IMG/VR virus record: IMGVR_UViG_3300010278_000389
Direction: 5' to 3' (one strand)
DNA length: 13,353 bases
Source: a virus
Shown here: one piece after another, positions 1 to 8,742 of the stretch
How the letters are laid out: every line of letters starts with the position of its first letter
Position numbering within the stretch: position 1 is the first letter of the stretch
The notes under the pieces: generated by a model
The model's database searches: none
What the model saw: the letters and a program-made list of their open reading frames with translations, nothing else
Told to the model about the DNA's origin: nothing
Program-made: the position numbers and the translations under genes

Positions 1-2281
1 AAACTAATTCTTGAACTTCTTTTAAATCTTCATTAGATAATCTACTATCATCTATTATTTCCTTTAATTCTTTTATATAATCTTTTACATTATTTGTATC
101 ATTTATATCAGCTTTTATAATATTTATATTATCTTCTTCTGAACGATACATTTCTGTATTATCGACATAGTTATAAAAATCGAAGTCCTTAACAAATTTA
201 TATAATCTTTCTGCTAATTGTTGTTCGGCATCTTCTTTTTGTTTTTTACTTTCTTCTAATAGTTTTTTCTTACTTTCCTGTAATTCCCTATCAATTTCTT
301 TTTGTTTTAACCAATTTGAATATTCTTCTTTTTCTTTTGGATTTAAATATTTATCCAATTTTATTAATTCTTTAATTCTTTTTTCTGCTACATTCCAAGT
401 TATTATAGTAGCTTCTTCATTTTCTCTTTTTCCTCTGGTTAAAGTAATTCCTTTTCCATCATATTGATAACCTATTCTTGTTCCAATATGAATTGTACTA
501 CCACCACCCCAGCCATATTCATTTTTAAGAAATTTTATATTTTCCTCACTTGATAGACTATTGATAAATTGATTATATATTCTCATTTTACTCTCTTGTA
601 TATTGCTACCCCTTGTTAGCTCATAATCAATTATTTCTTGAGTAAAAGAAAAAGTAGGAGCATTCATTGCTTCTACTTGTAATAACTGCATTTGTTCATC
701 ATAAGATTTTACTGGTTTGTGCATATCATAAAACTCATTGACCATTATAAGTCCTTCAATATATTCTGCAATGTAATCCCATTTATAATAAACTTCTGCT
801 GTTCTATTCAAATAACCATCTTTCCAAAGATGTAAAACATTTTCGTAAGCTTTATAACCTAATCTTGTATCATTTACTACAATTTCGGTATATGCATCTC
901 CAAATGCCTTCTTTATAAATTCAACTCTATCATTTTCAGCTAAATTATTTTGATAAAATTCTCTAATATCTTTTCTTGTAACTTTTAAATTATCTATATT
1001 ATTTAAAATATCACTTACATATTCATCTTGTAAAAAATCAATTTTACTTCGCATTTCTTCTTCAGTTAATGTTCTTCTAAATTGATTTTCTTCTATTGGT
1101 AAATCAGTTCTGTTGCTACTATTTCCTCTGCTGTCATCTTGATATTGTTCATCAAGCCCACCCATTTCATTTGATCTTTGGCTTTCAATTCTTCTGTTAT
1201 ATTCTCTTTCTTCGCCATCTCTTCCACTAGCATTTCCACTCTCTTGCTCGCTTGGTCTTGTATCTCCTGTAAATGACTGTTCAATTCCTTGTTCATTACC
1301 AATATTGTTAGTTCGTGATTCTTGTGATTTAATAGGTAATTGTACCTCATCATTGAATATTTCCCCGCTGGAATTTTCTCCTTTTTCATTGTTAGATTTG
1401 GTATCAAGTAATCTCCCTGTTTCGTGTACTCTATTTTCTCTAACATTTTCAACTCCTCCTTCATTTTTATTATTATCATTAGAATATATTTCATTTTCAT
1501 TTTTTGCAAATGTACGATTTTTTAATTTTTCCTTTTTTTGTAGAGTTGAAACTGTTTTTGCTATTTCCCTTAATCCTGATTCTGCAATATCACTAACACT
1601 TGCACCTAATATTGTAAAAAGTTCTGGACTATTAAAATATTTTAAAAATTCAAATTCATTTTCAGAAATGTTTTCTCTAGCATTTATTCCACATCTTATC
1701 ATTAGCATATAACTGACACTTGCCCAAGTTATTCCTATTAATATATCTTTAATTTCATCATCTGATATATTGCTTAACATTGTATTAGATTTATTTTTTA
1801 TAATATCTGTTAAATAATCTTCAATATCATCTACAACCATGTTATAACTTGCACTAATTATAGCTTTCGATAAATCTTCCTTTGAGTCCATATCTCCAAA
1901 ATTTGCTTCTAAATCTTCTATAATATCTTTTTCATATTCTTGTTTTATATTCCATAATTTATATTCAGTATTATTATAATTATGAGTGTCGGATAAGTCA
2001 AATACTAATTTAAATGGATATTCACTATTAGGATTTTTGTCATACACATAAATAGCTTCTGCCCTATTATTTACCCATCTTTTTAACTTTCTATTCCATT
2101 CATCCATTGTTGCACAAGCTCTTGCATCTGGTCTTTGTGCAAATATCAGAACTTGATCATCAAAATCATATTTAAAATTCCAAGCACTACTATCTAAAAA
2201 AGTTCTCCAGTTACTTGGTGAACTTGAAATTTCTTTTAAAGTAGTTTTATAGAGTTGTCTAGTTTCTTTTATTTTTCCCAA
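1..2281 (-). CDS. N-terminal ~760 aa of a large conjugative-element helicase/DNA-methylase-like protein (partial, open at left edge)
   Basis: Continuous minus-strand frame from TTG at 2281 (GGAGG about 7 nt upstream, in-frame TGA just before). Motifs typical of the ICE SNF2/methylase family: SSPSNWRTFLDSSAWNFKYDFDDQVLIFAQRPDARACATMDEWNRKLKRWVNN, ASVSYMLMIRCG, TILGASVSDIAESGLREI, MNAPTFSF, FLKNEYGWGGG..YDGKGITLTRG..ITWNVAEKRIKELI. Catalytic domains would lie beyond the edge. Confidence 0.8.
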   Translation of the reverse strand, partial: MGKIKETRQLYKTTLKEISSSPSNWRTFLDSSAWNFKYDFDDQVLIFAQRPDARACATMDEWNRKLKRWVNNRAEAIYVYDKNPNSEYPFKLVFDLSDTHNYNNTEYKLWNIKQEYEKDIIEDLEANFGDMDSKEDLSKAIISASYNMVVDDIEDYLTDIIKNKSNTMLSNISDDEIKDILIGITWASVSYMLMIRCGINARENISENEFEFLKYFNSPELFTILGASVSDIAESGLREIAKTVSTLQKKEKLKNRTFAKNENEIYSNDNNKNEGGVENVRENRVHETGRLLDTKSNNEKGENSSGEIFNDEVQLPIKSQESRTNNIGNEQGIEQSFTGDTRPSEQESGNASGRDGEEREYNRRIESQRSNEMGGLDEQYQDDSRGNSSNRTDLPIEENQFRRTLTEEEMRSKIDFLQDEYVSDILNNIDNLKVTRKDIREFYQNNLAENDRVEFIKKAFGDAYTEIVVNDTRLGYKAYENVLHLWKDGYLNRTAEVYYKWDYIAEYIEGLIMVNEFYDMHKPVKSYDEQMQLLQVEAMNAPTFSFTQEIIDYELTRGSNIQESKMRIYNQFINSLSSEENIKFLKNEYGWGGGSTIHIGTRIGYQYDGKGITLTRGKRENEEATIITWNVAEKRIKELIKLDKYLNPKEKEEYSNWLKQKEIDRELQESKKKLLEESKKQKEDAEQQLAERLYKFVKDFDFYNYVDNTEMYRSEEDNINIIKADINDTNNVKDYIKELKEIIDDSRLSNEDLKEVQELV

Positions 2282-2298
2282 CTCTCAACCTCCTATAA

Positions 2299-2607
2299 CT
2301 ATTGTCTTTTCATTAATTTTGTATAATCTTCATCAACTTGTACTCTATCTAATGCTGAAAGCAATAATATAATCATCTCTGCTGCTTCCTTTTGAAATAG
2401 TGCAATATCTATAATTGATATTTCTCCTTCTTCATCTTTTTGTGGTAAAGAATATCTTAATAATAATTCTTTTAATTTTGTTGCACTTTCTTTCCACTCT
2501 TGAGTTATAATATTTTCTTCTTGGAATGTTAATATTCCCATTAATTTATTAAAATTACCTTTGTTTACGATAAATTTTACTGTTGGTTTTTTATAATATT
2601 CAATCAT
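2299..2607 (-). CDS. Hypothetical protein, 102 aa
   Basis: ORF from track (MIEYYKKPTVKFIVNKGNF...), purine-rich GGAAGG-type RBS in the end of the upstream gene, tightly packed with neighbours. Confidence 0.65.
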   Translation of the reverse strand: MIEYYKKPTVKFIVNKGNFNKLMGILTFQEENIITQEWKESATKLKELLLRYSLPQKDEEGEISIIDIALFQKEAAEMIILLLSALDRVQVDEDYTKLMKRQ

Positions 2608-2612
2608 TGTTT

Positions 2613-2822
2613 CTACTCTTTATCTTCCTTTCCTGCTAAAAACTCTATAATTTTTCTTTTAGCCACTGCTTCTTTTAAATCCATAATAAAACTTTTTTCT
2701 ACTGGACTAAATTGTTTTAAGTTTTCCCATTTTAAATTTTTTATTTTTTGCTCTGTATCTATATTATTCTCAAATATTTTTTCTAATGTCTTTACACTTT
2801 GTTGTAAAGTATATTGTGGCAT
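2613..2822 (-). CDS. Hypothetical protein, 69 aa
   Basis: ORF MPQYTLQQSVKTLEKIF...; strong AGGAGG upstream of ATG at 2822; overlap-like packing with the next ORF. Confidence 0.65.
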   Translation of the reverse strand: MPQYTLQQSVKTLEKIFENNIDTEQKIKNLKWENLKQFSPVEKSFIMDLKEAVAKRKIIEFLAGKEDKE

Positions 2823-2844
2823 GTTTACCTCCTAAAATATTTAA

Positions 2845-2863
2845 GGTGGCTTTTTAAGCCACC
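2845..2863 (-). terminator. GC-rich hairpin downstream of the adhesin gene
   Basis: Perfect 8-bp stem GGTGGCTT/AAGCCACC with 3-nt loop; weak T-rich tail on the minus strand; lies between the adhesin stop (2870) and the RBS of the next gene. Confidence 0.5.
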
Positions 2864-2869
2864 CATATA

Positions 2870-5800
2870 TTATTTTTTATTTACTCTTTTTCTTTTATAT
2901 TCGCATGCTTCTAAACCTATTAAAGTTAATAATGATAATCCTAATATTCCAGCATATATAGCTGTTTTACCATCATCTCCTGTTTTTGGTGTATCAATAG
3001 GTGCATTTTCAAATTCAAAAGTATATAAAGAATTTTCTCCTTCGATTTTTACATCATCAATAAATACACCTTTATCATTAATTTCAACTTTAATAACTTT
3101 ATCAGAGATTACATATCCATTTGGAGCTTTAATTTCTTTTACATAGAATATTCCATATCTTAAATCTTCAAATGTTATTGTTCCTTCTTCTTTATTTGAT
3201 TCATACTCTTTAATTAAATTTTTACATTCTTCATCTTCATATAATCCAAATGTGAATTTTTCTTTGATACTTTCTTTTGTATTTGCATCAACTTTTACTA
3301 ATTTTATATCTTGTAAAATTGGCATATCTTTCATTTCTATTTTTTGAGTTTCTTTATTTTCAGATACTATAAATTCTATTTCTTCTGTTGTTTCATAACC
3401 ATAAGGTGCAGTTTTTTCCCTTAAAATATAAGTTCTGTTTTCTTCTAATCCTGTTACTTTATGAGCTTCTTTTGTTGAAGTCCATTTATCTATTATTTTT
3501 CCTGTTTCTTTATCTTCAACTTCTAGTTCTGCTCCATCAACTTCTTCGCCTGTTACTAAATCTGTCTTTAAAATTCCAACAATTTTATCAACCATTGTTA
3601 TTTTTTGAGTTTCTTTATCTTCGCTTACTATAAATTCTATTTTATTTGATATAACATATCCATCTGGTGCATAATCTTCATATAGAATATATTTTTTTCC
3701 TTCTTCAAGTCCATTTACTTTATGAGGTTCTTTTGTTGATGTCCAACTATCTATTTCGTTTTCATCTTCATCTACTACTCTCATTTTTGCACCTTCAACT
3801 TCTTTTCCTGTTATATCTTCTTTTGTTATTGTTACAACTTTATCAATCATTCTAATTTCTTGATTTACTTTATCTTTACTTACTGTAAATTCTATTTTAT
3901 TTGATATAACATATCCATCTGGTGCATAGTCTTCATATAGAATATATTTTTTACCTTCTTCAAGTCCATTTACAATATGGGGTTCTTTTGTTGATGTCCA
4001 ACTATCAACTATTTTGCTATTTTCATTTTCAATTCGTAATTTAGCTCCTTCAATTTCGTCCCCTGCAATATTTTGCTTTGAAACACTAACAATTTTATCA
4101 ATCATTGTTACTTTTTGAATTTCAGTTTTGCTTTCCACTTTAAATTGAATGCTTGTTGCTTTAACAAATCCATTTGGTGCAATTTTTTCTTCTAAAGTAT
4201 AAGTTTTTCCAACTTCTAATCCTTCTATCTTATGGGTAATTTCTTTAGATGTCCATGAATCTATTATTTTTTTATTTTCATCAAGCACTTTAAGTTCTGC
4301 CCCAACAAGTTCTTTATCTCCTGTAACATCTGTTTTTGAAAATTCAAAAATTGTAGGTTTATTTTCCATTTTTATATCTTTAGTATAAACTTTAGTTGTA
4401 TTATCTTTCTTTTCAAATTTCACTTCAATTGGTGTTGTATTTAAAACTAAGCCTTTTAATGTTTCAATCTCTTCTAATTCATATACCCCCATAGGTAAAT
4501 TTTCAATAGTGTATTTTCCATCTTTGCTTAAATTAAATTCTTTAACACTTTTTCCTTTTTCATAAATCACACTGCCATCTGCATAGTCAATTATATTTTC
4601 TTTAGCTTTTAATCTAAATTTAATTTTGCTTAAATCAGATGTATCTACTAATGATAAATCTACATTATCATTCAAAACAACTGATTTATCTATATTTAAT
4701 TTTCCTGTTGGTTGCTCATTAGCAATTGTAACAGTAATATACGCATCATAATCTTCATCAAATTCAAGTGTTTTATTACTTCTGTTTATTTTAAAAAAAA
4801 CAGGTTCTTCTAATTCAAGAAAACCATTAGGTGTAACTATTTCATCAGCTTTATATGTTCCAGCTTCAAGTTTATTTTCAGTATATGCTACTGCATTTTT
4901 ATCTGTTTTCCATTTATCATGTGAGAATATTCCAGTTTTACACTTAACTTTTTCCCATTGTTTTGTATTTTCATTTAATTTTGATAAACTAAATGTAGTA
5001 TTAGAAAATATTACTTTCTTACCTGTTTTCTTATCAACTTTAACAAGTTTCAAATAACTTGTAAATGGTAAATCATTTTCAACAAATTCTTTTATAATTC
5101 CATCACTATTTTTATCAATATTGATATAAAAAGGTTCTACAGTTTCTATTTCATCAGATGGTGTTTTAGTTTCTTGTCCTTCATATAATCCATAAGCTAG
5201 TAATTTCGATGTTGCATGACCATTTCCATCTGTTTTCAAAACATCATATTCATCCTCTGCATATTCATTCAAATGTTTTGCTGCTTCTTCAAAACTTCCA
5301 TAATAATCAATATATTTTGAAAGTATTACTGTAAATTCAGCATTAGCAATTTTCTTTGCTGTTGTATTATCATTTGATGATATTTTAATTATCTCAAATC
5401 TTGCTCTTTGCACATCCTCTGTTACATTAATTTCTTTTTTTATAACATTTGTGTTTTGATCTTTATATTCAAACTCAAAATTATATATATTAGTATCTAA
5501 TTTATAACCAACTGGTGCATTTGTTTCTTTCCAGTTATATTTTCCAAGTGGTAATCCTGTTATATAATCATTCTCTACTTTTAAGTTTAAGTTTGAATTT
5601 TTAGCTGTAATACTTATAGTTGCTTTTCCATATTCATTAAATTTAGCTATTGCAATTTCATCATTTTTTGAAAAATATTTTAATGATTTACTTTTATTAT
5701 AAATATCTTCACTTGCAGTTAATACATAAGTCGCACCATTCATTGTTGCATCTCCATGATGACTTGTTTTATCTATTCTATTATCTCTTCCAGTAACAAT

Positions 5801-6979
5801 ATCTGATTTAGTTATTTTAACTGAACCAGTAGGTTCTGTATTTTTAATAGCTTGTGTTGATACTTCATTTGCCTTTACTTCAACATTGTAAGCTTTCTTA
5901 TCTAGTAAATAACCTGCTGGTGCATTTTTTTCTTTAACTGTATATGTTCCTTTTTTTAGTTTTTCAATAACTATTTTTCCGTTTTTTACTTCAACATCAT
6001 TGTTGTATCCATTAGAACTAGAAACATTATAAATTGCTCCATCTACTAATTTACCAGTTGTATCTAATTTTTGTAGCTCTAATTTTCCATATAAATCAAT
6101 TTTAAGACTAATTCTTAAAGTAATTGGATCATTATAAGCCATTGAATATAATTGGTCTTGAATTCCAGAAGGAAATTCAAAATAAACCATTGAATCTCTA
6201 TCTGATGTTTCGTTTTTTACCATTCCCCATGACTTAAATTCATCATCTGCAATAGTATAATTTTCTATTGAAACATTTTCATCTGGTGTGATAGTCATTT
6301 GATTGCTTCCGCTTGTATGAACAACTCTTATTCCGTTTGTTGTTCTATCAATAGCTGGATAGTTTGCTAATACCCCATTTACATCTGTTATGGTTTTACT
6401 TTCTCCTGCTTGTACTGTTATTGTTGTTGCATCAAAACTTGGTCTTTTTGCAAAATTATCTAGTTGTCTATTTATATTAGCTTTAAAATTCTCATACGCT
6501 TGTTGATTTCCTGCATTTATAAATGTAGCATTTGATTGTCCTAATATTTCCCAAATGTATTGTTGAGTAAACACATAAGCCTGTTTTACATATATCATAT
6601 CTCCTGCAAGAATACCACCATCGATAACATAATTTCCTTGGTCTTTATACCACCCTAAATAGGCTATTTTGCAAGCTTTTCTCATTGCAGAATTTGTTGG
6701 CGTATAATATTGTCCATTATAAACAACACCCGTCTTAAAATCAATACCATGCTCTGCACAAAATACTGTATGTTTTTCTCCTGTTGTATTATTTATTAAT
6801 CTTCGTATCAATATTCCTACTTTAGATCCTTGATTGTCAGTTGTATACATACCTGAATCGTATTGTCCTCCAACATATTTTCCACTACCTGAAGCAGCAA
6901 AAATAGGAGTTGCAGAGCTAAGCATTGTAATCATTAATAAAATACTTGCTATAAATCTTTTTAATTTCGATTTTTGCAT
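2870..6979 (-). CDS. Cell-wall-anchored adhesin with N-terminal thioester (TQXA-type) domain, multiple SpaA/Cna-B isopeptide-type domains, and C-terminal sorting signal
   Basis: Signal peptide MQKSKLKRFIASILLMITMLSSATPIFAA; VFCAEHG ... VFTQQYIWEILG thioester-like Cys/Gln pair; about ten KxD..TG..x.GA.. / APxGY Cna-B-like units; C-terminal TPKTGDD, hydrophobic stretch, then CEYKRKRVNKK. Start placed at 6979 (AAAAGGAGG upstream) rather than 7027 in the track. Confidence 0.9.
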   Translation of the reverse strand: MQKSKLKRFIASILLMITMLSSATPIFAASGSGKYVGGQYDSGMYTTDNQGSKVGILIRRLINNTTGEKHTVFCAEHGIDFKTGVVYNGQYYTPTNSAMRKACKIAYLGWYKDQGNYVIDGGILAGDMIYVKQAYVFTQQYIWEILGQSNATFINAGNQQAYENFKANINRQLDNFAKRPSFDATTITVQAGESKTITDVNGVLANYPAIDRTTNGIRVVHTSGSNQMTITPDENVSIENYTIADDEFKSWGMVKNETSDRDSMVYFEFPSGIQDQLYSMAYNDPITLRISLKIDLYGKLELQKLDTTGKLVDGAIYNVSSSNGYNNDVEVKNGKIVIEKLKKGTYTVKEKNAPAGYLLDKKAYNVEVKANEVSTQAIKNTEPTGSVKITKSDIVTGRDNRIDKTSHHGDATMNGATYVLTASEDIYNKSKSLKYFSKNDEIAIAKFNEYGKATISITAKNSNLNLKVENDYITGLPLGKYNWKETNAPVGYKLDTNIYNFEFEYKDQNTNVIKKEINVTEDVQRARFEIIKISSNDNTTAKKIANAEFTVILSKYIDYYGSFEEAAKHLNEYAEDEYDVLKTDGNGHATSKLLAYGLYEGQETKTPSDEIETVEPFYINIDKNSDGIIKEFVENDLPFTSYLKLVKVDKKTGKKVIFSNTTFSLSKLNENTKQWEKVKCKTGIFSHDKWKTDKNAVAYTENKLEAGTYKADEIVTPNGFLELEEPVFFKINRSNKTLEFDEDYDAYITVTIANEQPTGKLNIDKSVVLNDNVDLSLVDTSDLSKIKFRLKAKENIIDYADGSVIYEKGKSVKEFNLSKDGKYTIENLPMGVYELEEIETLKGLVLNTTPIEVKFEKKDNTTKVYTKDIKMENKPTIFEFSKTDVTGDKELVGAELKVLDENKKIIDSWTSKEITHKIEGLEVGKTYTLEEKIAPNGFVKATSIQFKVESKTEIQKVTMIDKIVSVSKQNIAGDEIEGAKLRIENENSKIVDSWTSTKEPHIVNGLEEGKKYILYEDYAPDGYVISNKIEFTVSKDKVNQEIRMIDKVVTITKEDITGKEVEGAKMRVVDEDENEIDSWTSTKEPHKVNGLEEGKKYILYEDYAPDGYVISNKIEFIVSEDKETQKITMVDKIVGILKTDLVTGEEVDGAELEVEDKETGKIIDKWTSTKEAHKVTGLEENRTYILREKTAPYGYETTEEIEFIVSENKETQKIEMKDMPILQDIKLVKVDANTKESIKEKFTFGLYEDEECKNLIKEYESNKEEGTITFEDLRYGIFYVKEIKAPNGYVISDKVIKVEINDKGVFIDDVKIEGENSLYTFEFENAPIDTPKTGDDGKTAIYAGILGLSLLTLIGLEACEYKRKRVNKK
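3325..4350 (-). repeat. Four tandem Cna-B-like repeats of about 85 aa (period about 255 nt) within the adhesin
   Basis: Repeated protein units ending in ...IDKIV/IDKVV/VDKIV; DNA segment starting TTGATATAAC at 3646 recurs almost identically at 3901 (255 nt apart); WTSTKEPHxVNGLEEGKKYILYEDYAPDGYVISNKIEF occurs twice. Outer boundaries approximate. Confidence 0.8.
6525..6860 (-). other. Predicted thioester (TQXA-like) domain segment of the adhesin
   Basis: Cys in VFCAEHG (about 6755-6770) and Gln in FTQQYIWE (about 6547-6572), in the arrangement of Gram-positive thioester adhesins. Boundaries approximate. Confidence 0.65.
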
Positions 6980-7000
6980 TTTTTTAATCCTCCTTTTAAC

Positions 7001-7033
7001 AAAAAAAGAACAAGTAAAATAACTCACTTGTTC
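7001..7033 (-). terminator. Rho-independent-like terminator or attenuator upstream of the adhesin RBS
   Basis: Stem GAACAAGT (7008-7015)/ACTTGTTC (7026-7033), 10-nt loop, then 7 T on the minus strand (A-run 7001-7007). Confidence 0.6.
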
Positions 7034-7051
7034 CTACTAAATATTATTTAA

Positions 7052-7735
7052 TTATCTATAATAAAAATTTACTGTCCATTTACCACAATAAGGGCAGCTC
7101 CATGTTTCATAACCACATGGACATTTTTTGTCATATTCTTCTATTGTAATTTCTCCAGCACGAAGTTTACTTCCATAATTGCTAATAAGATTATCATAAT
7201 ATGCTACTGCACTATTATATGAGTCAAACCATTTGTTAGAATTTCCTATATCTATTCCATGATTATTATTTGAAGTACATCTTGCTACTTTGGGTTCTTC
7301 TTTTTTAGTTTCTTGTGGTTTTTGTTCTTCAACTTTAGTTTCTTTATTTTCTTCCTGCTTTTTTTCAACTTTTATAGTCGTCTGTTCCTGTTGCTTTTGA
7401 ACTGGTTTTTGTGTTTCTATTTTATTATTTGCTTTCGTTGTTGTATTTTTTATTGTATTTTCAGTTTTAACTTCTGTTTGTCTTGGTTTCTCTGTCTGTT
7501 TAATTTTTTCATTACTCTGTTCTACAATTTCATTTTGTTCTACTGTATTAATTACATTATCCTTTTCTATATTTTCTTCAACCACATTTTCGGTTATAGC
7601 ATTATTTAAAATCTCATTATTTTCCCCATTATCAATTTGATTTTTCTTTTTTGTTAGCAAGTAAATTGATGTTCCTAATAAAATAATACAAATAACTACC
7701 ATTATTAAAATTATAATTTTCAATTTTCTACTCAT
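7052..7735 (-). CDS. Membrane-anchored extracellular protein with charged linker and Cys-rich C-terminal module
   Basis: N-terminal TM MSRKLKIIILIMVVICIILLGTSIYLLTKKK; about 120-aa E/K/T/N/Q-rich linker; C-terminal HGIDIGNSNKWFDSYNSAVAYYDNL...KKCPCGYETWSCPYCGKWTVNFYYR. RBS AAAGGAGTG upstream of 7735. Confidence 0.8.
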   Translation of the reverse strand: MSRKLKIIILIMVVICIILLGTSIYLLTKKKNQIDNGENNEILNNAITENVVEENIEKDNVINTVEQNEIVEQSNEKIKQTEKPRQTEVKTENTIKNTTTKANNKIETQKPVQKQQEQTTIKVEKKQEENKETKVEEQKPQETKKEEPKVARCTSNNNHGIDIGNSNKWFDSYNSAVAYYDNLISNYGSKLRAGEITIEEYDKKCPCGYETWSCPYCGKWTVNFYYR

Positions 7736-7821
7736 AATAAAATCACTCCTTTTTATTTATCTTACTATAAGACCTTATTATTTTCAAATGTATAAATTAT
7801 AATTTTTGTACTCCCATATAC

Positions 7822-8742
7822 TTATCTAACCATTTCTCTTTGTTTAACCCTATTATAATGTTCTTTAATACATATCAACAAGAAATCTTCAACTTCTTGT
7901 TCTGTTTCAATATTTTTAGGTAAATACTTTCTAAATCTTTCATATTTTATTTTATATTGTACTACTTGATTCGGCTTTTCTTCTGCCATAATCTCATCTA
8001 TTTTATCTCTATCTAGTATTCCCTTTTCACTTAAATCTCTTAAAAGCTTTGCTTGTTTTTCTGATGGTGTAGCATCAAAGGATTCTATTGCATCTAATAA
8101 TTCTTTTTGGTCTTGTTTCTTCATGTATGAAATTTGAACTGCTGGTCTTAATGCTATTTTATTTTCATCAACCATTTTTAATAATGCAGTATCTAAATTC
8201 GTAAGTGCAACATATCTCCTTACTTGTTCTCTACTTATTCCAAATTCTTCAGCTACAATTTCTACTGACAACTTCTGCACCGATGGTGTAGAAGTTAAAT
8301 CAACCCTTTTTCCTTGTCTATTAAGTGCTTCTAATTTCATTTTAAAAGCCCAAGCTCTTTCAGAAGGTAATATTTCTTCTCTTTGCACATTGCTATCTAC
8401 CATTAAAATTGTTGCCTCATCATCTGTAAGTTCTCTCACAATACATGGCATTTCAGATAATTGTGCTAACTGACAAGCTCTCCTTCTTCTATGTCCAGCT
8501 ACCATTTCATAAGTACCATCTTTTTTCTTTCTTACTATTGCTGGAAAAATAACTCCTCTTTTCTTTACACTTTCAACAGTTTCCATCATCTTTTCGTCAT
8601 CTCTAACTTTAAATGGATGATTTGGAAAACTCGTTATTTGATTAATAGGAATCATTATAATACTTTCCATTTTTCCTTTATCTGTACTAAACTTAAACAA
8701 ATCATCTACACTCGGAAGTCTTAAATCTTTCCCTGTTGCTAT
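7822..8742 (-). CDS. parB: ParB/Spo0J-family partition protein of the ICE type
   Basis: FPNHPFKVRDDEKMMETVESVKKRGVIFPAIVRKKKDGTYEMVAGHRRRRACQLAQLSEMPCIVREL and DSNVQREEILPSERAWAFKMKLEAL are ParB hallmarks. Coding extends in frame upstream of the track TTG (8700) through LRLPSVDDLFKF; likely N-terminus near 8742. Confidence 0.88.
   Translation of the reverse strand: MATGKDLRLPSVDDLFKFSTDKGKMESIIMIPINQITSFPNHPFKVRDDEKMMETVESVKKRGVIFPAIVRKKKDGTYEMVAGHRRRRACQLAQLSEMPCIVRELTDDEATILMVDSNVQREEILPSERAWAFKMKLEALNRQGKRVDLTSTPSVQKLSVEIVAEEFGISREQVRRYVALTNLDTALLKMVDENKIALRPAVQISYMKKQDQKELLDAIESFDATPSEKQAKLLRDLSEKGILDRDKIDEIMAEEKPNQVVQYKIKYERFRKYLPKNIETEQEVEDFLLICIKEHYNRVKQREMVR

Noticed and set aside
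1093-1509. 138-aa minus-strand ORF MQKMKMKYILMIIIK...
   Set aside because: Out-of-frame shadow of the large edge-truncated helicase/methylase-like CDS, which has the family motifs in the other frame.
1305-1712. 135-aa plus-strand ORF
   Set aside because: Antisense to the large minus CDS; Phe/Ser/Leu-rich composition is typical of the complement of an AT-rich gene, with no RBS or motif.
2814-3855. Plus-strand ORFs 2814-3146, 3388-3633 and 3667-3855
   Set aside because: Antisense to the adhesin gene; Leu/Phe/Tyr low-complexity arises from the repeated Lys/Glu-rich sense strand.
3325-4350. Direct repeats considered as a CRISPR or mobile-repeat array
   Set aside because: Repeats are in frame, about 255 nt long and encode Cna-B-like domains of one protein.
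6834-7609. Plus-strand ORFs 6834-7022 and 7313-7609
   Set aside because: Antisense to the adhesin signal-peptide region and to the charged linker of the anchored protein; hydrophobicity is an artefact, not a real membrane protein.
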